Origin: Tubiluchus corallicola
Taxonomy: Eukaryota; Animalia; Priapulida
Direction of reading: 5' to 3'
DNA length: 64,000 nt
Assembly: GCA_030141605.1 (NCBI GenBank)
Contig: JAQGDQ010000128.1
Span: 372,001 to 436,000, forward strand
Below the pieces are notes generated by a model. The model was not told where the DNA came from. It searched no databases and saw nothing but the letters and a program-made list of their open reading frames with translations. The first letter of the stretch is position 1. Each line of letters begins with the position of its first letter. The position numbers were made by a program, and so were the translations under genes. Shown here piece by piece: positions 37,585-52,200 of the stretch.

Positions 37585-37585
<1 letters not shown>

Positions 37586-39297
37586 CAACAAGGAATTATA
37601 ATTTATTGTATTATAAAACACTTGATTGTAAATGGCTTGTAGCAGAAGAATAAACCTGATAATCTAGATTTCTGGGTGATATATGGCAATGTAGCTTCTC
37701 ACAACTTTCTTTCTTCACAAAGCTTGGCTACTAGGCATGCATTCACATGCGTACGACCACATACTGCTATATAATTGTATTATAACATAAATAGTTAACT
37801 ACATTTTATGTCATTTTAGGTAAGTATACATATGAATTGTATAGAAGTCAGTTACACATCAAAGCAAAGATTAAATCAAAACCAAAACAAGGCACTCCAA
37901 AATGAAGCATGCCATCGCAACAAATGATCATAGCTCTGGGTCGCTCTTTCATGTATGTAGCCCTGACCTTTGACCTTGCGACCCAAAATCAATAGGGTTC
38001 TTCCTCTATTGGTGGAAAGTCTTACATAAATACTAATAATTGCATGCATGGATAGATGAATGCACACACATGTGCATACGGACACTAACAAACATACACA
38101 CAGGTGTATGGAAACATACAGACACAAATGGATTTGCAGTTTATAGCATAAGCATATAAGCCTTCAAAAATAGCATTTTCACTCAAAACAAAGCCATTGT
38201 GTTGTATCATTTGCATTGAACATTCTTCAGTTGGATGGACCTATAACAGTTATTACTAGTGTCATGTTACTTAAAAACAACTATATCACCATTGAATTTC
38301 ACACAAATATTAACAATTGCACACGTGGACAGATGGGTGGACGCACCTCTGCACAAACCATCGAGCACTAACAACCACCTGCACATGTGGAAAGAAGGAT
38401 GCACACAAGAACAGATTCTAACAACCGCATGCATAGCCAGATGGTTGGCTGTACACACACAATGATGATAAAATTAAAATTCTGAAAAACAAGTGTACTG
38501 TGACAATCTTTAACCTTGGGATCACAAGGTCGCATGGATTCTTCCCCTCTCGAAGGGTGATATATACATGAACGATGAAAGCTTTGGGTCAACAGTTCGG
38601 TCTAAAACTTGTCCACAAAGCTAAAAATGGAAACGTGAACTGATAGACAGAAATATATGTATATAGTCGCTATATCCCTTCATGTCAATTCATCACATGT
38701 AGATAATTAATATCATAGATTGTATGATCTGAATTTGGTAAAGTATAAGATATGTATTGCTTATTAAATCTACAACTTTAACTAAGTTACCCTGCACAAC
38801 AACTAGCACTTAACATAACTTACTTATGTTATAATCAAGATATAAATAATCTAACAAAGAGTATAATAAATTGTAACACAACTTACTTACAGTCAAGATA
38901 TAAATAATCTAACAAAGACTGTAATAAGTTGTATTCTTGTAAAAAGTTATCTTGCAGTTTCATTAAACAAGTCAATATTGAAATTGACAATTGGGGCTGA
39001 CAATCAGAAGATTATACCGTTGCAGGTAAGTTGTGTATGTTTATAAAGCTCACAGTTGTATTCTTCGGCTTCACGGAAATGTTACAAGTTTACCATCACT
39101 AACTTACTTTGCCAATGTATTCTGCAATTCGAGTATTTGCGCAATAAACGCGAAGTGAACTTGCACTTACAAACTTACAATACGTTACTTTATAACTTAG
39201 TTAACCTTAAGCTAATAAGAAAATTTAATATAAAAACAAAAGACAGATTGTAGACAGGTTTTTGCTAGAACAATTAATTTAAAGCTTGCGCTTTTAC

Positions 39298-39460
39298 CTT
39301 CACGAGCTTCTTACTTTATTCCCATTTTACAAACTGTGTTGCTTGTAGAAATGATACTTTGCTAATAACCCGAAGTAGCAACATTAAGTATGATAAAAAG
39401 TGTAATCACATCGCTCCCATTTATTTATTTTCCGGCTGCTAAGGTTTCTAATCACGTGAG
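39298..39460 (-). promoter_or_regulatory. Probable non-coding first exon and promoter of vasohibin
   Basis: Donor GAAG|GTAAAAG at 39297. The acceptor TTTTTTTAG directly precedes the ATG at 36554. ETS-like TTCCGG and E-box TCACGTGA (39452-39459) lie just upstream. Confidence 0.45.
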
Positions 39461-40102
39461 CAGATTTATTTTAAACATATCCCTCGATTCGAATGAAATT
39501 TAAAACGCATTTAAAAATGTTTGTCAATGAAAGAAATGATGCTAAACAGAATGAAACTAAAATAAAACATTAAAGTGTGAGTACTACATTTTTGCAATAG
39601 TGTTATCTTTCTTTTATATTTTTCCTACAAAAACATTTTTAATTTCTGGTTTAGAACTAAAGGCTCTAGGCTATGGCTTGTAATTCTTTTTGGATCCTTC
39701 TGCTGTTTTGTGCAGTGTAATTGCGGTGTAGCTATAAATTTTTGACTGTTTATAATATTAATAATATTAGTTTTAATGACAATCTTGATTCGCTATTTTT
39801 GTAAGCAGCTGTTAAGCAGTTTTAATTATTTTCAATCTCGTGAAATTTTACGTTCAAGTGTATGCGTTATATACTTGGGATTTTCCCAAAACTGGTAAAT
39901 AGGTTTTCACTCTTCTGGTACTGCAAGGCATTGTTCTTTAACAGAATAATGGCAGTATTTTCACATTACTGTAGATTTCTCCTTTTCTTTCTGATTTTCT
40001 GCATGCAGTAAAAATTCTAGTTTGTTCAATATCTTAATAAGGAAATTAAGCTTGCAAACTGAAGTAAGTTTATCATTTACGTTTATACTTCATAGTTCAC
40101 GC

Positions 40103-41076
40103 TGTTGGGAGCCGTTTGGACCACTGCGCCAAGTAGACCACTTGATGCGCTAAAAGTAGTGTCCTACATGGGCAGCCCAAGTAGGACACTAGCGATTTTT
40201 GTCGAGAAACTTGCTCTGGCAAAACTTGTTTCCAGTTTATATTACCATTGTTTATAAGTATTGTTATGACATAATAAAGCATAAAACAAAATTTCTTTTA
40301 GAAATGGATATTCCTTGGCAATTGACAAATGCATTTCTTACAATAATTTCATCATTATGATTAACTCCATTAATATATCATAACATTAAACCTAGTATCT
40401 AATGCTTTAAAGAGAGAAATTCTGCACACAGTTATTACAGAAATAATTGCAAATTTAAAAATGAGACAGATGCTGCTAAGCCTTCACAACACCAAAAAGT
40501 AATTTTTAACATTTAAGAAAAGCAAGGATAATTAGTTTTAATATTATCAGTAGTATTGTAACAAGTAGGGCACTGTCCTACATGGCTCGCTAGCCCATGT
40601 AGGACACATAGATCGCTAGAACGTTTACTTATAAGAAAACAATTATTTGCCCAAGAGGTAGTGAAACGGATCACCTGTTTGTGAAGTGAGACAAAATCAA
40701 AAATGATATACCTTAAACAAATGTTGAATTCGCAAAAAAGTGAGGTTTTTTCACTTCAACAACATTAATATCGAAACCAAATTTAATATTGTCCGTTCTA
40801 CCAGCTCAGAATAAAATTCTTTTATTTTATTAGATGTATAATAAATTATTCAACGTGTATTAACGTTTTTAATTATTATTATTATATAAACAAGCACAAC
40901 GGACGGTGTCAGTACACTTAACGACTGAATTCACGACCTGTCTCTAGTGTCCTACTTGGGCAGCCCAAGTAGACCGCGGTCTACTTGGGCTAGCCCATGT
41001 AGACCGCGGTCTACTTAGGCTAGCCCAAGTAGACCAATTGGTCTACTTGGCGCAGTGGTCCAAACGGCTCCCAACA
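40103..41076. mobile_element. Non-autonomous TG...CA TIR element (Ginger2/TDD-like), 974 bp
   Basis: 38-bp perfect TIR TGTTGGGAGCCGTTTGGACCACTGCGCCAAGTAGACCA. 5-bp TSD CACGC at 40098-40102 and 41077-41081. Palindromic subterminal repeats. Superfamily assignment is inferred. Confidence 0.85.
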
Positions 41077-41118
41077 CACGCATTACATTATACTTGGTGA
41101 TCATATATCCACTCTCCA

Positions 41119-41154
<36 letters not shown>
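41119..41154. repeat. (CT)n microsatellite
   Basis: Directly visible. Confidence 0.95.
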
Positions 41155-41155
<1 letters not shown>

Positions 41156-43227
41156 ACCTAAGCTGACAGTTTCAAGTATAACATGATTTCAATGATTTAA
41201 AACTGATGTGAGCTCAGTGTCTAGGTGAACTGCACACAAAGGGTTGGCTAGGTGAAGTTCTTTGGGTCCTATTATACACAGAGATGTTTTCTTGTCTCTG
41301 AATGATTCTTGCATCAAAATTATGAAATTAGACAATAAACATAAAGTAAAATGTTTTGACACTATGACTACATATGTCTTCTATCACTTTGCACTTTTGC
41401 CTGCACAAATATAACACTAGAGTTTCATCTACATTCAGCGTCATTTTACTAAAAGTAGTGTGGAAATTATGTAAAACCATTTTATAAATATTTAAACGAT
41501 AAACCACATAAAAAAACGTGTAATTTCCTTCACTGAAACTCAGAAATTTGAGCAGGAAATTGCACAGAAAACCACTCTGTGTATAAACAAACCCTAAACA
41601 CCGTTGTGTACACTATGATGAAATTCTTTATAGGCCTAACAAAATTGCATAAAAAAATGTTTATACTGTCTAAAAAACTCTTGACGCCATTTTCTGTCTT
41701 CACTTTACAATGCAGTTTTTTACAGTTAGCTAGGCCTACTAGTATTTTTTCATCCTATAATCAGTGAGTTGATAGACTTGATGCATAGAACCAGGTCTAT
41801 TACTATACCCTGATTGCTTTTAAATAATCCGTACTAGTATTTTCTAATCCTACAGTCATAGAGTAGATAGACGTGTAAGAAACCAGGTCTATTGCTATAC
41901 CCTGATTACCTTTAAATAATCTGTATGACTTTTTGCTTATCAACATATTTAATTATCTTGTTATGATATGAACAAGTCTAAATAGGCTTTTTTTGATTTT
42001 CGAATATAAACAACTAGCCTGACATTTACTGTTTTGAGTGTGCATTGCTAAGTTTACATTTCTTTTGCATCCTAATTGATGATCTTTGTTCTACGGATGA
42101 ATTTTGTGACGACAATGAAACCATCAATTGGTTATAAAATGTAACCTTAAAAGACAAGAAAGGGGTTTCCTAAAGTAGGTTTCAGAAAAATCGCCTTAAA
42201 AATTGTATTACTTTACAGCATTTTTATGCATATATCGTACTTGCGTTGAAAGGAATTTTTGTTTGCTTTCATTTTAAATCTCCCGCAATACTGTTCTCAA
42301 GTCGCCATTACATGATGTCACCTACGCAAACGTGAATCCGGAGAAGAAAAGGCAATGTTAAATTACATCACAAAAAACTTTCCATGCAAATCTGTATTAC
42401 TTAGCATTTCGTTTACCTGCTGGAAACTCTACTGTAACTAGAAATAGTAATTCAAAATGTTCGTGCCAATTAGTAAAATGTCGCTAGCTTACCCTCCAGG
42501 ATGCGCCACTCGCTAACCAATAACGTATTTTTAATCTTGTTGACAAGGTACAGTAATTTAAAATTTTACTTAATTAGTACCACACGTGCTACGCATGCTC
42601 TGATTATTTTTTCAAGCTTCACGCAGTGTTATCTAAACTTGTTTCAAACGACCTACCATTAAAATGGCTGTGCTAACGGTCATCACGAAACTTAAATTTA
42701 CAAGTTTTATGCAGCGTTATTGCCGACGCAAGCCCTGGCATGCAAAAAGGCAGCATGTAAGTGGTATAAAATTTCAAGACAAATTTTTTAAGCATTATGT
42801 AAGTGGAGGGTTTTCTTGTAGTGCCTGAGTAATGTAATGATTCATGTCTTACCATAGCGTGAAAAAATGCTTGACAGTGGACATCAAGTTTGTGATCAGT
42901 GCTGGACAGTGGACATCACTCCTTCAGTTTATGATAAATCAACCCCGTTAGCAACATGCATATATGCAGGTTTTTACTTGAAAACTTAGGCTTAAATTTC
43001 ACATAAGGCCTATATATGCGCCATATGATTATTGTGTATTTTTTCAATTACGTTAACTTTTAGAAGTAATTAAGCAGGTAAACATTCAGCTAACTCTTAA
43101 GGACTAGTTTATAGAAAAGTTTTATTTACCCTAGGGTTTTTCAGCTTATCTTACGATGATTACCTGACTGCTTTTACAAAAACCAGAACAGCAAGAGGAG
43201 TGCCTAATTTACATAGCTACCGGTACC

Positions 43228-46200
43228 ATGTCATTGATTAGTATGCGAGATGATTTGAACTGCACAGAAAATCAACGTCCACCACCTGTAGAAGTTGTGT
43301 TTAAAGGTAGGGTCTTTCACATTTGAATATACATGTGCATTTACAATTGTTTGGTTACACTTTTTACTTGTTTTGTGTAGCAAAAATTTATTAGTATTAA
43401 CTATTTCTTCGTATTGCTTTTTTGTATTGCATTACAAAAGTTTTTATATTATCACGCTGATAGGCCTACGGTTATATCAGAACTTAGTTGTTTTTTTGAA
43501 AGCCTAGTTGACATAGCAAGTAGCATTTGATGACAGATGTTATTAGTTTCTATAAGAAGAAAAGATTTTGTGGATTTTTTGAAGACACGTTGGTATGGAT
43601 TTGCAAACGCAAGAACTACACTTTTTTTGCTTTTAAATTTACATTCTTAGTGCTTGAGTTTTTTTTACTAGAAATCAAGAAAATTAAACATACATCTACT
43701 TTTGCCATTTTCTCGTGTTATTATTGTGTAGAACTGCAAGTAACAACCTTTAAAAGTAATAATCTATAGTTTAAAGGTTACTTTCAATCGAATGAAGCTG
43801 TCAGACCTCGAAGAACATGTCATGTTTTACCTGCTGTACACTACACTCATATGTTAATATGTAGTTGTGTGTTTAAATTGAAAGCTGTGTCTTTTGGCCA
43901 CTACTTCAAAATAATTTTTTTCTCATTTTTGAATTCAAGAAGGAAGCTGAAATTCTTAGACAGGCACTTTAGCAGATGCTCTAAAAGCAGCTGCTAATGG
44001 TCAACTCTAATTGTTAATCTATGCTAGAGCTTTCCTCTTTATTATAAAATCGTTGTGGTTTTCAGTGGCTTTATTTCCTTGCCTTTATCCGAATTTTTAA
44101 AGAACTTCTAATTTTGGATGTTTTAAACATTTGTAAATGTTCAGTTAAAAAATATACAATGTGTTTTCATCTGTTCATAAATTAAAGCCTGTGTGTGGTT
44201 AGTTTTGGTACATTTGTTTATTTATTAAAAACAAAAGTGCTACTGTTTAATTTGTTGAATTTAAACAGTTAATACTAAGTTATTTGCTATGTTATAACAC
44301 AGTAAGCAGCTGAGGTGTTTATAACAGTTTTTTGGGTTTTCTTGCCACATAGCCACCGCGACTGTTGTCATTTGATTGCACATATGTTTTCAGAGATGAC
44401 ACGGCCTGGGTTTATATTGTCCAGTGTCATTCTGCTTCTCGCCTCTGTTACATTCCTCATTTACATTGACGAGGTCCTGTTTGTTCGGAAAACTCGGATC
44501 TCTTCGTCCCGGAAAAGCCGTTATTACTTTCTTTTGGGCCTCTATCCCGTAAGTGTGTGAGTGTTGCATGATTTGCATGGCATGTTTGCACGTTTGCTCT
44601 GTTACAGAGATGAGTCGAGCGGGCTTTGTCTTGTCCACTGTGGTGTTTCTGCTTGCTTCTACCACACTTTTGATTTATCTTGACGAAGTGCACTTCATCC
44701 GCAAGCTTACACACTATCCATCTGTGAGAAGAACTCGCTATTTCTTTTTGCTGGGCCTGTATCCGGTAAGTTTTTGTCAGTTATTATGCACACGTCACTG
44801 AGTAGCTTCTCTTACAGGTACCGCAAGGTAGGGCAAACATATACTTTAGATCTAAATATAACATTTCTAAAGAATGCTTTAGCTTTAAGTCCCAAAAGCT
44901 TTATTGATATTCAACAAATAAAATATTTTTTTATTAACTGTTGTGGTTTCTTCAAAAGTGTGCATTAATCTTATTAATCTTATACTTAAAACTGAAGTAA
45001 GTATGTCTGTAGGCAGTTTGGCTGAGAAAGTAGCACTTGCCCTTGTAAGAACCAGGTATTATACTAGGTAGTATTTAATGAGTTCAGAAATTGCATTGAA
45101 AACTGATAGGATTAAAGCGAGTTGGTCAATAAAATTTAGTAAAAATGGCAACAGCATAGGACTCTTGTCGATAGTGTACTGGTTTTCACAAACTCAGGTG
45201 ACTTTAACTGCTAAATATAAGCATCTAAACGCCAGTTAACACAGCAGTGCAAAAGTATTTAAACTGAAGCAGTTCTCTAACTAATTTCTATAGCACGAGA
45301 TGTGGATATGTAAGATAGCAGAAGAATTACTGCTTTGTCAATCTTGTTTAAATTTAAACTTGATTTTAACTAGTTTAACCATATTCAAATCAAATTTCTG
45401 ACCATGTAACATAAAGCAGAGTTTTTACGGCATGCATAATTTGCGCACTACAAATGTGGCACAAAGTGACATCACATTACAGGTTTAGTTGCCCACCTGT
45501 AGTTAAAAGTAAACCCAGAGTGCTGATACAGATCAGTGCTCACAAAAAGTAATTTGCTTTATGCTAATTTTAAACAATAAAAATAATGTGCATAATTCGC
45601 TTTACAAAAATGGTACAATAAACTTTCAGAAAATGGGCAAGTACTACTTGTAGATTATTTATTGGTTAAAAGTCAGTCTTTATATGTTTCTAGCCAAGTT
45701 GTGTCACTGTCTACGAATTACTTACTGGCAGTTACTGCCTATTTAGCAGTATAGAGAAAATGATTTTTTCACACTTGTATGTATATGTTTACTTCTTTAC
45801 TATTACTGTACACCTATCTGCTTTTTATTCAGTAGATACTTAATTTGCATCATTTGAATTAGTTTAGTTAACTGCCACTGAGTTTTTTGCTTATAGTATA
45901 CAATTTCAGTTTATTTTTAGGAGAGCTTCATTCGATGCATAATGTGGACATAAAACGTTACATGTTTAATTGTAACAGTCCGTCATTAGTTGCTTTTATA
46001 TTATAAAAGATAACTTTTGTGTTTACTATCACTATAAATTCTTCGAATTTCTACTGTACATAGTTCTATTATTCATTATTCTTTAAAGGTAAAGAGTTCA
46101 CTAAGCAGTGCAGTCTGGAATGTAATTGTTTCTTATCACTTTAAAAAAAATACAAATTTTGATATGATCCATCATTAACTGTATTATGGTGCTTGTTTTG

Positions 46201-49200
46201 CATGAACTCTTAAATTAGATTGGCTGTTTAAGCCAAACAAGAATTGGAAATTTGAGTTTGTTTTCGTAGCTCATGATTTTATAAGTGCATTATAATAATG
46301 ATTATGCATTTACAGCTTGCTAATTGGCATAAAGTACAGAAAATTGGCTTTTACTACTAAGTAGCACATTATTCTCTGTTATCCATAGTTCCTATTTTTA
46401 GCACTTTTTTCTGAAAGTAATTTTAACATGATTGGTCTTTGAACTGATGTAATATTGTTTATAAAAAATGTGTTTACAATATTTGTTAAATTACTTTTCA
46501 ACAGGTGTTTTCTTGGACATCGGTTTTGGGTTTATTTATTCCACGTGCTTCTGTGTTATCTCAATTAGTTTCGATATGGTAAGATGTGTTACATTTATAG
46601 CTATGTGACATGTTTAATGTAAAATTTCCCTTCACTATACATTAGGCCTTATCGGTAATCTATTATTATGCCATATCAGTAATAGTAAGCTTGCCCAGAT
46701 ATAAAAATTGTTTTGTTATGCACGTGACATGGGTTAGTATAATAACACTGGAAAACATGCTTATTTTTTCAAGGTAACAGCAGTAGTGTTTTCAGGTTCA
46801 AAAATTAAATTTTGTTAACAGTTCACAGTTTCACTCATTCTCAGTATGTTAAATAGTTTTGCTAAAATTTTCCATTGCAGCATCAACTTTCATCACTATG
46901 TGTTTACAGTTAATGCTGATTATGAAACCATGTCAGTTAGATTTTAGCTCTTCTTTTCTACCTTTATTTATTTTTCAGTTATCTTGCTTTGTGCGTATAT
47001 CAGTTTTTTGAGTTGATAGTGGATTACTTTGGTGGCAAAGCCAAGATGTTTCAGACAATCTCAGATTCAGCTATCATTCCACTCAGAAGTGTACCCGTAG
47101 GTTGTGTACTATGTTGTGTGGATTCAGCTAAACTTACTAGGTTTGTACACTGAATTCTTTTGAAACTATTTCCTAATAAAACTTCTAAGAGATTAATATC
47201 ATTAATTGAGTTACTCATGATCTTAAGTTTTTATGGGTTCATTTGGATGGCTAGTTATTAATAGTTAAGTGATCACTCATTTAGAACTGTAGTAGTAAAT
47301 TTTTGTATTTATCATTATAATTATTAAATATAGGGATTTTACAATTTAGCTCAATTACTAAAGCTTAAAGACTGTGTCATCTAAGTGTTACTTAAAGTGT
47401 CATTTAATGGCCAATGTTTTTGTACTAGCATAAGCCATCTGCTTTAAAAAGGCTTTTAATAATTATTGAATTTAAAGTAGCATACTTAGTGGCATATCAC
47501 TAGCTTAAGTTGGTGAACCCTAGTTTTCCATAGGCACATTTTCCGTAGGCATAAAGCCTCTCGTGTTATTTATGGCCAATGTTTATATACTAGCATATGC
47601 CATCTACTTTAGAAAGGTTTCTTATAATTATTGCATTTAAAGTAGCGTACTTAGTGGCATATCACTAGCTTAATTTGATGAACCCTAGCTTTCCATAGAC
47701 ATACATTTTCACATATCAGTCTTCTCAAGTTGTGTCGTATAGACTACATACATAGGTCTACTATCTTATGATATTTCTTGGAAATGTTAGACAATTAATA
47801 ATGTTTCAGTACTGCAGTTACAAGTCCAGTCCACCCAGGCAGTAGCTATTAATCTTGTTTTACACCACATGTTTCTGAACTTAATTAGTCATAAAACTGT
47901 TTTAACTAGTGCAATAAATAGCTGTGAAATTTGAGCATCCTGGACTACTTAGATTTACTATGGGTGCAACCAGTAGTGCAGACTGCTGCTGTTTATTGAT
48001 CATACAGGGATTAATTTGTAAATGTTGCTATGGCAGTGTCAAGGTCAAAAGTTCACTAAGCGTAATACATGAATGCAGGATGTTTGACACAAATTGACAA
48101 GTGGTTAGTCCACTAGTTTGCAAATGTGTCGTATCATTTTACTGTGGGCTGCATTATTTGTTGTAGTTGAAATTAGAATGATTACAAAATGTTCTTTTAA
48201 AATTCGCAAATTCAACAGTTTCAGAAAATGAAGTATTTGCAAGTTTTGCATCTCCACTAATTTAGCAGTGTCTCTCTTCTTAACTGGGCTACTTTCCCTT
48301 CTCAATGGCTGTTGATGTTTAGTAATAAGTTCTTTGTCTGAACCTTGTGAGCTGAGAATTAAACAGGTGGCAGTTCCCAGTTTGTGTCAATAATGCCTGT
48401 GCACTATATGCTGTGCAGCATAAATCGAAGATCTTAGCCAGACATGATGCTAAAATTATTGTTCATTAATTACTATTAAATGCTAAAAGTACGTGTACAA
48501 GTTTAAGTTTAAGCATTTATTTCAAAAATACATTTGACAGCTTGATAGACTGTTCAGCTCGTTACTAATGTCTAAGATTCTAAGTATTAACATTAAGCAA
48601 TAAACATTTATATAAATTGGTATTTTTATGCAAATATCTTAATTTCAAGGTTATCAATTAATATTTAAGTAAATCAATTATTATTAGATTTATTAAACTA
48701 AATCTATTTGAAAAAATTGAAATGTGGAAAGTCTGACTCCCGACTTTTTCCAATTTCTTTCTTTCAGTCTATTTAATTTGAAAATCTGGCAATTCTATTC
48801 GGTCATGCACAGTACACCCCAGAATGTACATGTATTTTTATACTGTACAGCAGTAGACTGTACAGTGTGCCTGTTTATTGTTTTGTCCTAGAAAACCAGC
48901 ATATGTAAACATAATGTATACTCATTTATTGACCCAGCCACTGCCATCTAAGCAAACTGACAAATAAGGTAACAGTTGACTCATCAGTCTGCAATTCAAA
49001 AATTACCCATTGAACACTAGATAACCTTTATAGCTAGCAAATGTTCAAAGCAGCCAGAAAGTAGATTGTCGGCACAGAAAAACAACTAAACAAATTTATG
49101 ATTCTTTGTAAATATGCTTCGATTTCCCTAAATGCACATTGATTTTGCTACTTTTATCCATGAGCTTGTATAGACTACTATAATTATCGTTTTTACAAAA

Positions 49201-52200
49201 AATTCCAAACTTTAGTCCTTATATTAACAACGACAACTATATTAGTGATATTTAAGGCACTTAGTTATAGTGTTAACTAAGTTATTTTACTATATATATT
49301 AGTTAATGTAGTTATTTTACAATGATATTTTTTATTATAGGAAAAATTTTCTTCGTTTGAAGCGATTAGTTTTACAAATGGCAATACTGCATCCCTTACT
49401 AATGTTTGTCGGTGCTGTGTTATCAGCTAATGGCACATATAATCCAGGAAAAGTAAGCTTCTATAGTCGTATCATTAAAATTGTGCTATTTGTGACATAG
49501 TTATAGGTTGGGGGCCCAACCGTTAAATGATTTTAGAAGATTCTTTTTGCTACTTTAATTAAATTTTGTCTTTTAACAAAGTAAATAGTAGTTAGATAAA
49601 ATCAACAACTTGTGGTCATGGTTACAGTATTCAACAAAATTCTCTAATCCACTAATTTGAAACCAGAAAGTTTAAATTTTAAAAATAAAATGAAGAACGT
49701 ATGTTACATAGTGACAAAATTTATATTTTTGTTTAAAAAAGGCTACTATCATCAACATTAGCTTAAATTATTAATGTGTAAACTAACATAAAACATTAGT
49801 TCATTCTTTGTTGATGTAACAAATTTGTCTATTAAACCAGACTGAATAAACAATTTCCATAAAGTAAAACCATCTGGTCAGCATGGTTTTTGTTTGTGAC
49901 AATGGTTTAACAGTCTGATTTGAGTGGCCAAATTTGTTACATGAACATCAAATGAACTAGTAATTTTATTTATAGTTTTATGTTGATACATGCGATTTTC
50001 TTTATATTCAAACTTTGATTTTCAGATATCACTTCATAGTTCTTATTTGTATATAACAAGTATTGCTGGTATATCAACAGCATTAGCCGTCTGGGGTTTA
50101 GTTATGCTATACAGGTAATAAACCACTTTGTCACATTCACACTTTTTGTGATGGCTATCTTTTTTGTGCTTTTTTGCCATTTTATTGATTTTTAGTGCAC
50201 TTTATGATTGTACACCCTGTTACATTTACCTGTTTTTGGTATTACTGATATGTAAAGACAATACTGTTGTTTCAAGTTAGAGGCTTAGTTGTGCTAAATA
50301 TATAACTTGGCTATGATCCAGATGTGTTGTTGTAGTACAGCAAGAAAATGTTTAAAAAGATACTGTCTGTAGCACAAACGTACTTTTTTTCAATTTATGA
50401 ACGTTATTGCTTTTTTACAAGATTGTTAAAGGAATGGTTTCAGTTTTTTACTTTACTTCCAATTGCATATTTATACCTTGCAAAATCGCATTTAGAATGC
50501 AAGTTTAACATGCTAATGTAAACGTTATAATTTTTATTGACAGTTACATTACATGTAATTTGAAACTCTCTTTGTAACTAAACTTGCATTTGAGTTTTTT
50601 CTGTTTATGAGAAATGGATGAGTTGCTCATAACATTTATTTTGTACATCATACGCATATGTCTGTCTGCTGCTTCAACCATAAATGTTGTGTGCAGACTG
50701 TGCATGCATTGAGAATCTCCAGACTAGGGTGGTTTTATGCTTTCTAACACACTGAGTAGTCACAGCAGTCAGAATTAGCAACTGCACTTAAATAGTCCTT
50801 GGTCAGAAAATGGATGGGTGACCACCTGGAAAACAGTCTTTTTAGTGTTTTGGTGGTTACATTTATCGTACTGCTCCAGCTGTTTGCCCCGTTAAGAGAT
50901 GATGCGTATGAACCCAAGTGTGACAAAGCACGTTTGTGGGTTTAATGTTGCATACAGATGAGACAAACTGGCAATTACTAGTCCTGCCACAACCGTCAAA
51001 GACTTAGAAGGTCTTGCTATTCATTGCTGGGTTCCAGCTTACTGAGTGTGAAAATATTAGAAAAATTTATCTAAGTGAAGCTGCAAGAATTTTGAAGATA
51101 TTCTTGCTAATAGCTGCGTTCTCAACTTGGCTTAACTGTGGCTATGCATAAAAGAAGAATTGCTAACAAAAAATGATTGCGAGGTTTAGCAGACATTTGT
51201 GCCATGCACCCTCTTGATCACTATTATGTTGACTTCCTCTTCACATGACGTATCAGAGGATGGTTTGCTAGAAGCTTAGCTTGGATTTTACTTAAAAAAA
51301 TAACAGCAGCAACTTCAGTTTTTTTTTGTATTGCAATGCTAGTGCTGTTATAGCTTATGATTTATATTGTATTACTTTCGTTATATAGGATAGCAAAAGT
51401 TCCTTTAGCTTCGTATCATATCACAGCCAAGTTTTTTAGTACGCAAGTAGTGCTCATTATGTCAAATGTACAGGTATGTGTGTAATATTTTTAGACAAAC
51501 TAATGCTTGTGAAAGTAAAATTGATAAGCTCATTAGCCACCAGAAAAATGTTTTTTTTCAAAGATTTATAATCACGTTCTGTTACCTACTGTGTTCCTTG
51601 CTGAGTTAGCATAGATTTATATTTATATGCCCATCCCAACATAGGCAACACTAGCAGCTGCCCATCCCAACTCAGGCAACATTAGCTGTTTACAGAACTT
51701 TGCTTTACTCTGTTAACTGTTGATATCAAACACTTACAGTCAAGCCAAATGATTGGAGCACATACACTTCACTGCAAAACATTGCAAAATATTTAAATAC
51801 CAGTGAGCTGAGTAACTCTGTCTTAACCACTTCACTGCCTGCATGATGAGAATCTCCCATCTTGAAAATACTATTTCGACTGGCCTGTATGACAAGACTA
51901 CTGTCATGCTTAATATGCAAATTAACTGATGCCTACACCAAAAGTAATAATACTTGCACATGCCATGTCCATTTGAGGAATTAAACTGTCGAAAACAAAA
52001 GGCAGTGGTATCATTTATTGTCTAAAAAAGTAATATACAAGCTACAAAAACTTATGGCCAAAAAAGTGCAAAACCGCAAAAACGATTGCTGTTATTGCGG
52101 AATGCTATCGCCTGCTAGCATTGTAATTGCTACCTTTTGTGTAGTTTTTTATCCTTTTCATGGATTTTTGTCTATTCAAATGGCTTAGTAAAGGTACTGT

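Noticed and set aside
37950-38700. Several overlapping short ORFs with TGACCTTTGACC and GGACAGA-type repeats
   Set aside because: Look like decayed interspersed repeats in the vasohibin first intron; no coding signal, and the family could not be assigned.
40945-41040. Palindromic repeat array resembling CRISPR/REP
   Set aside because: Units are head-to-tail without spacers and lie inside a TIR element with a TSD.
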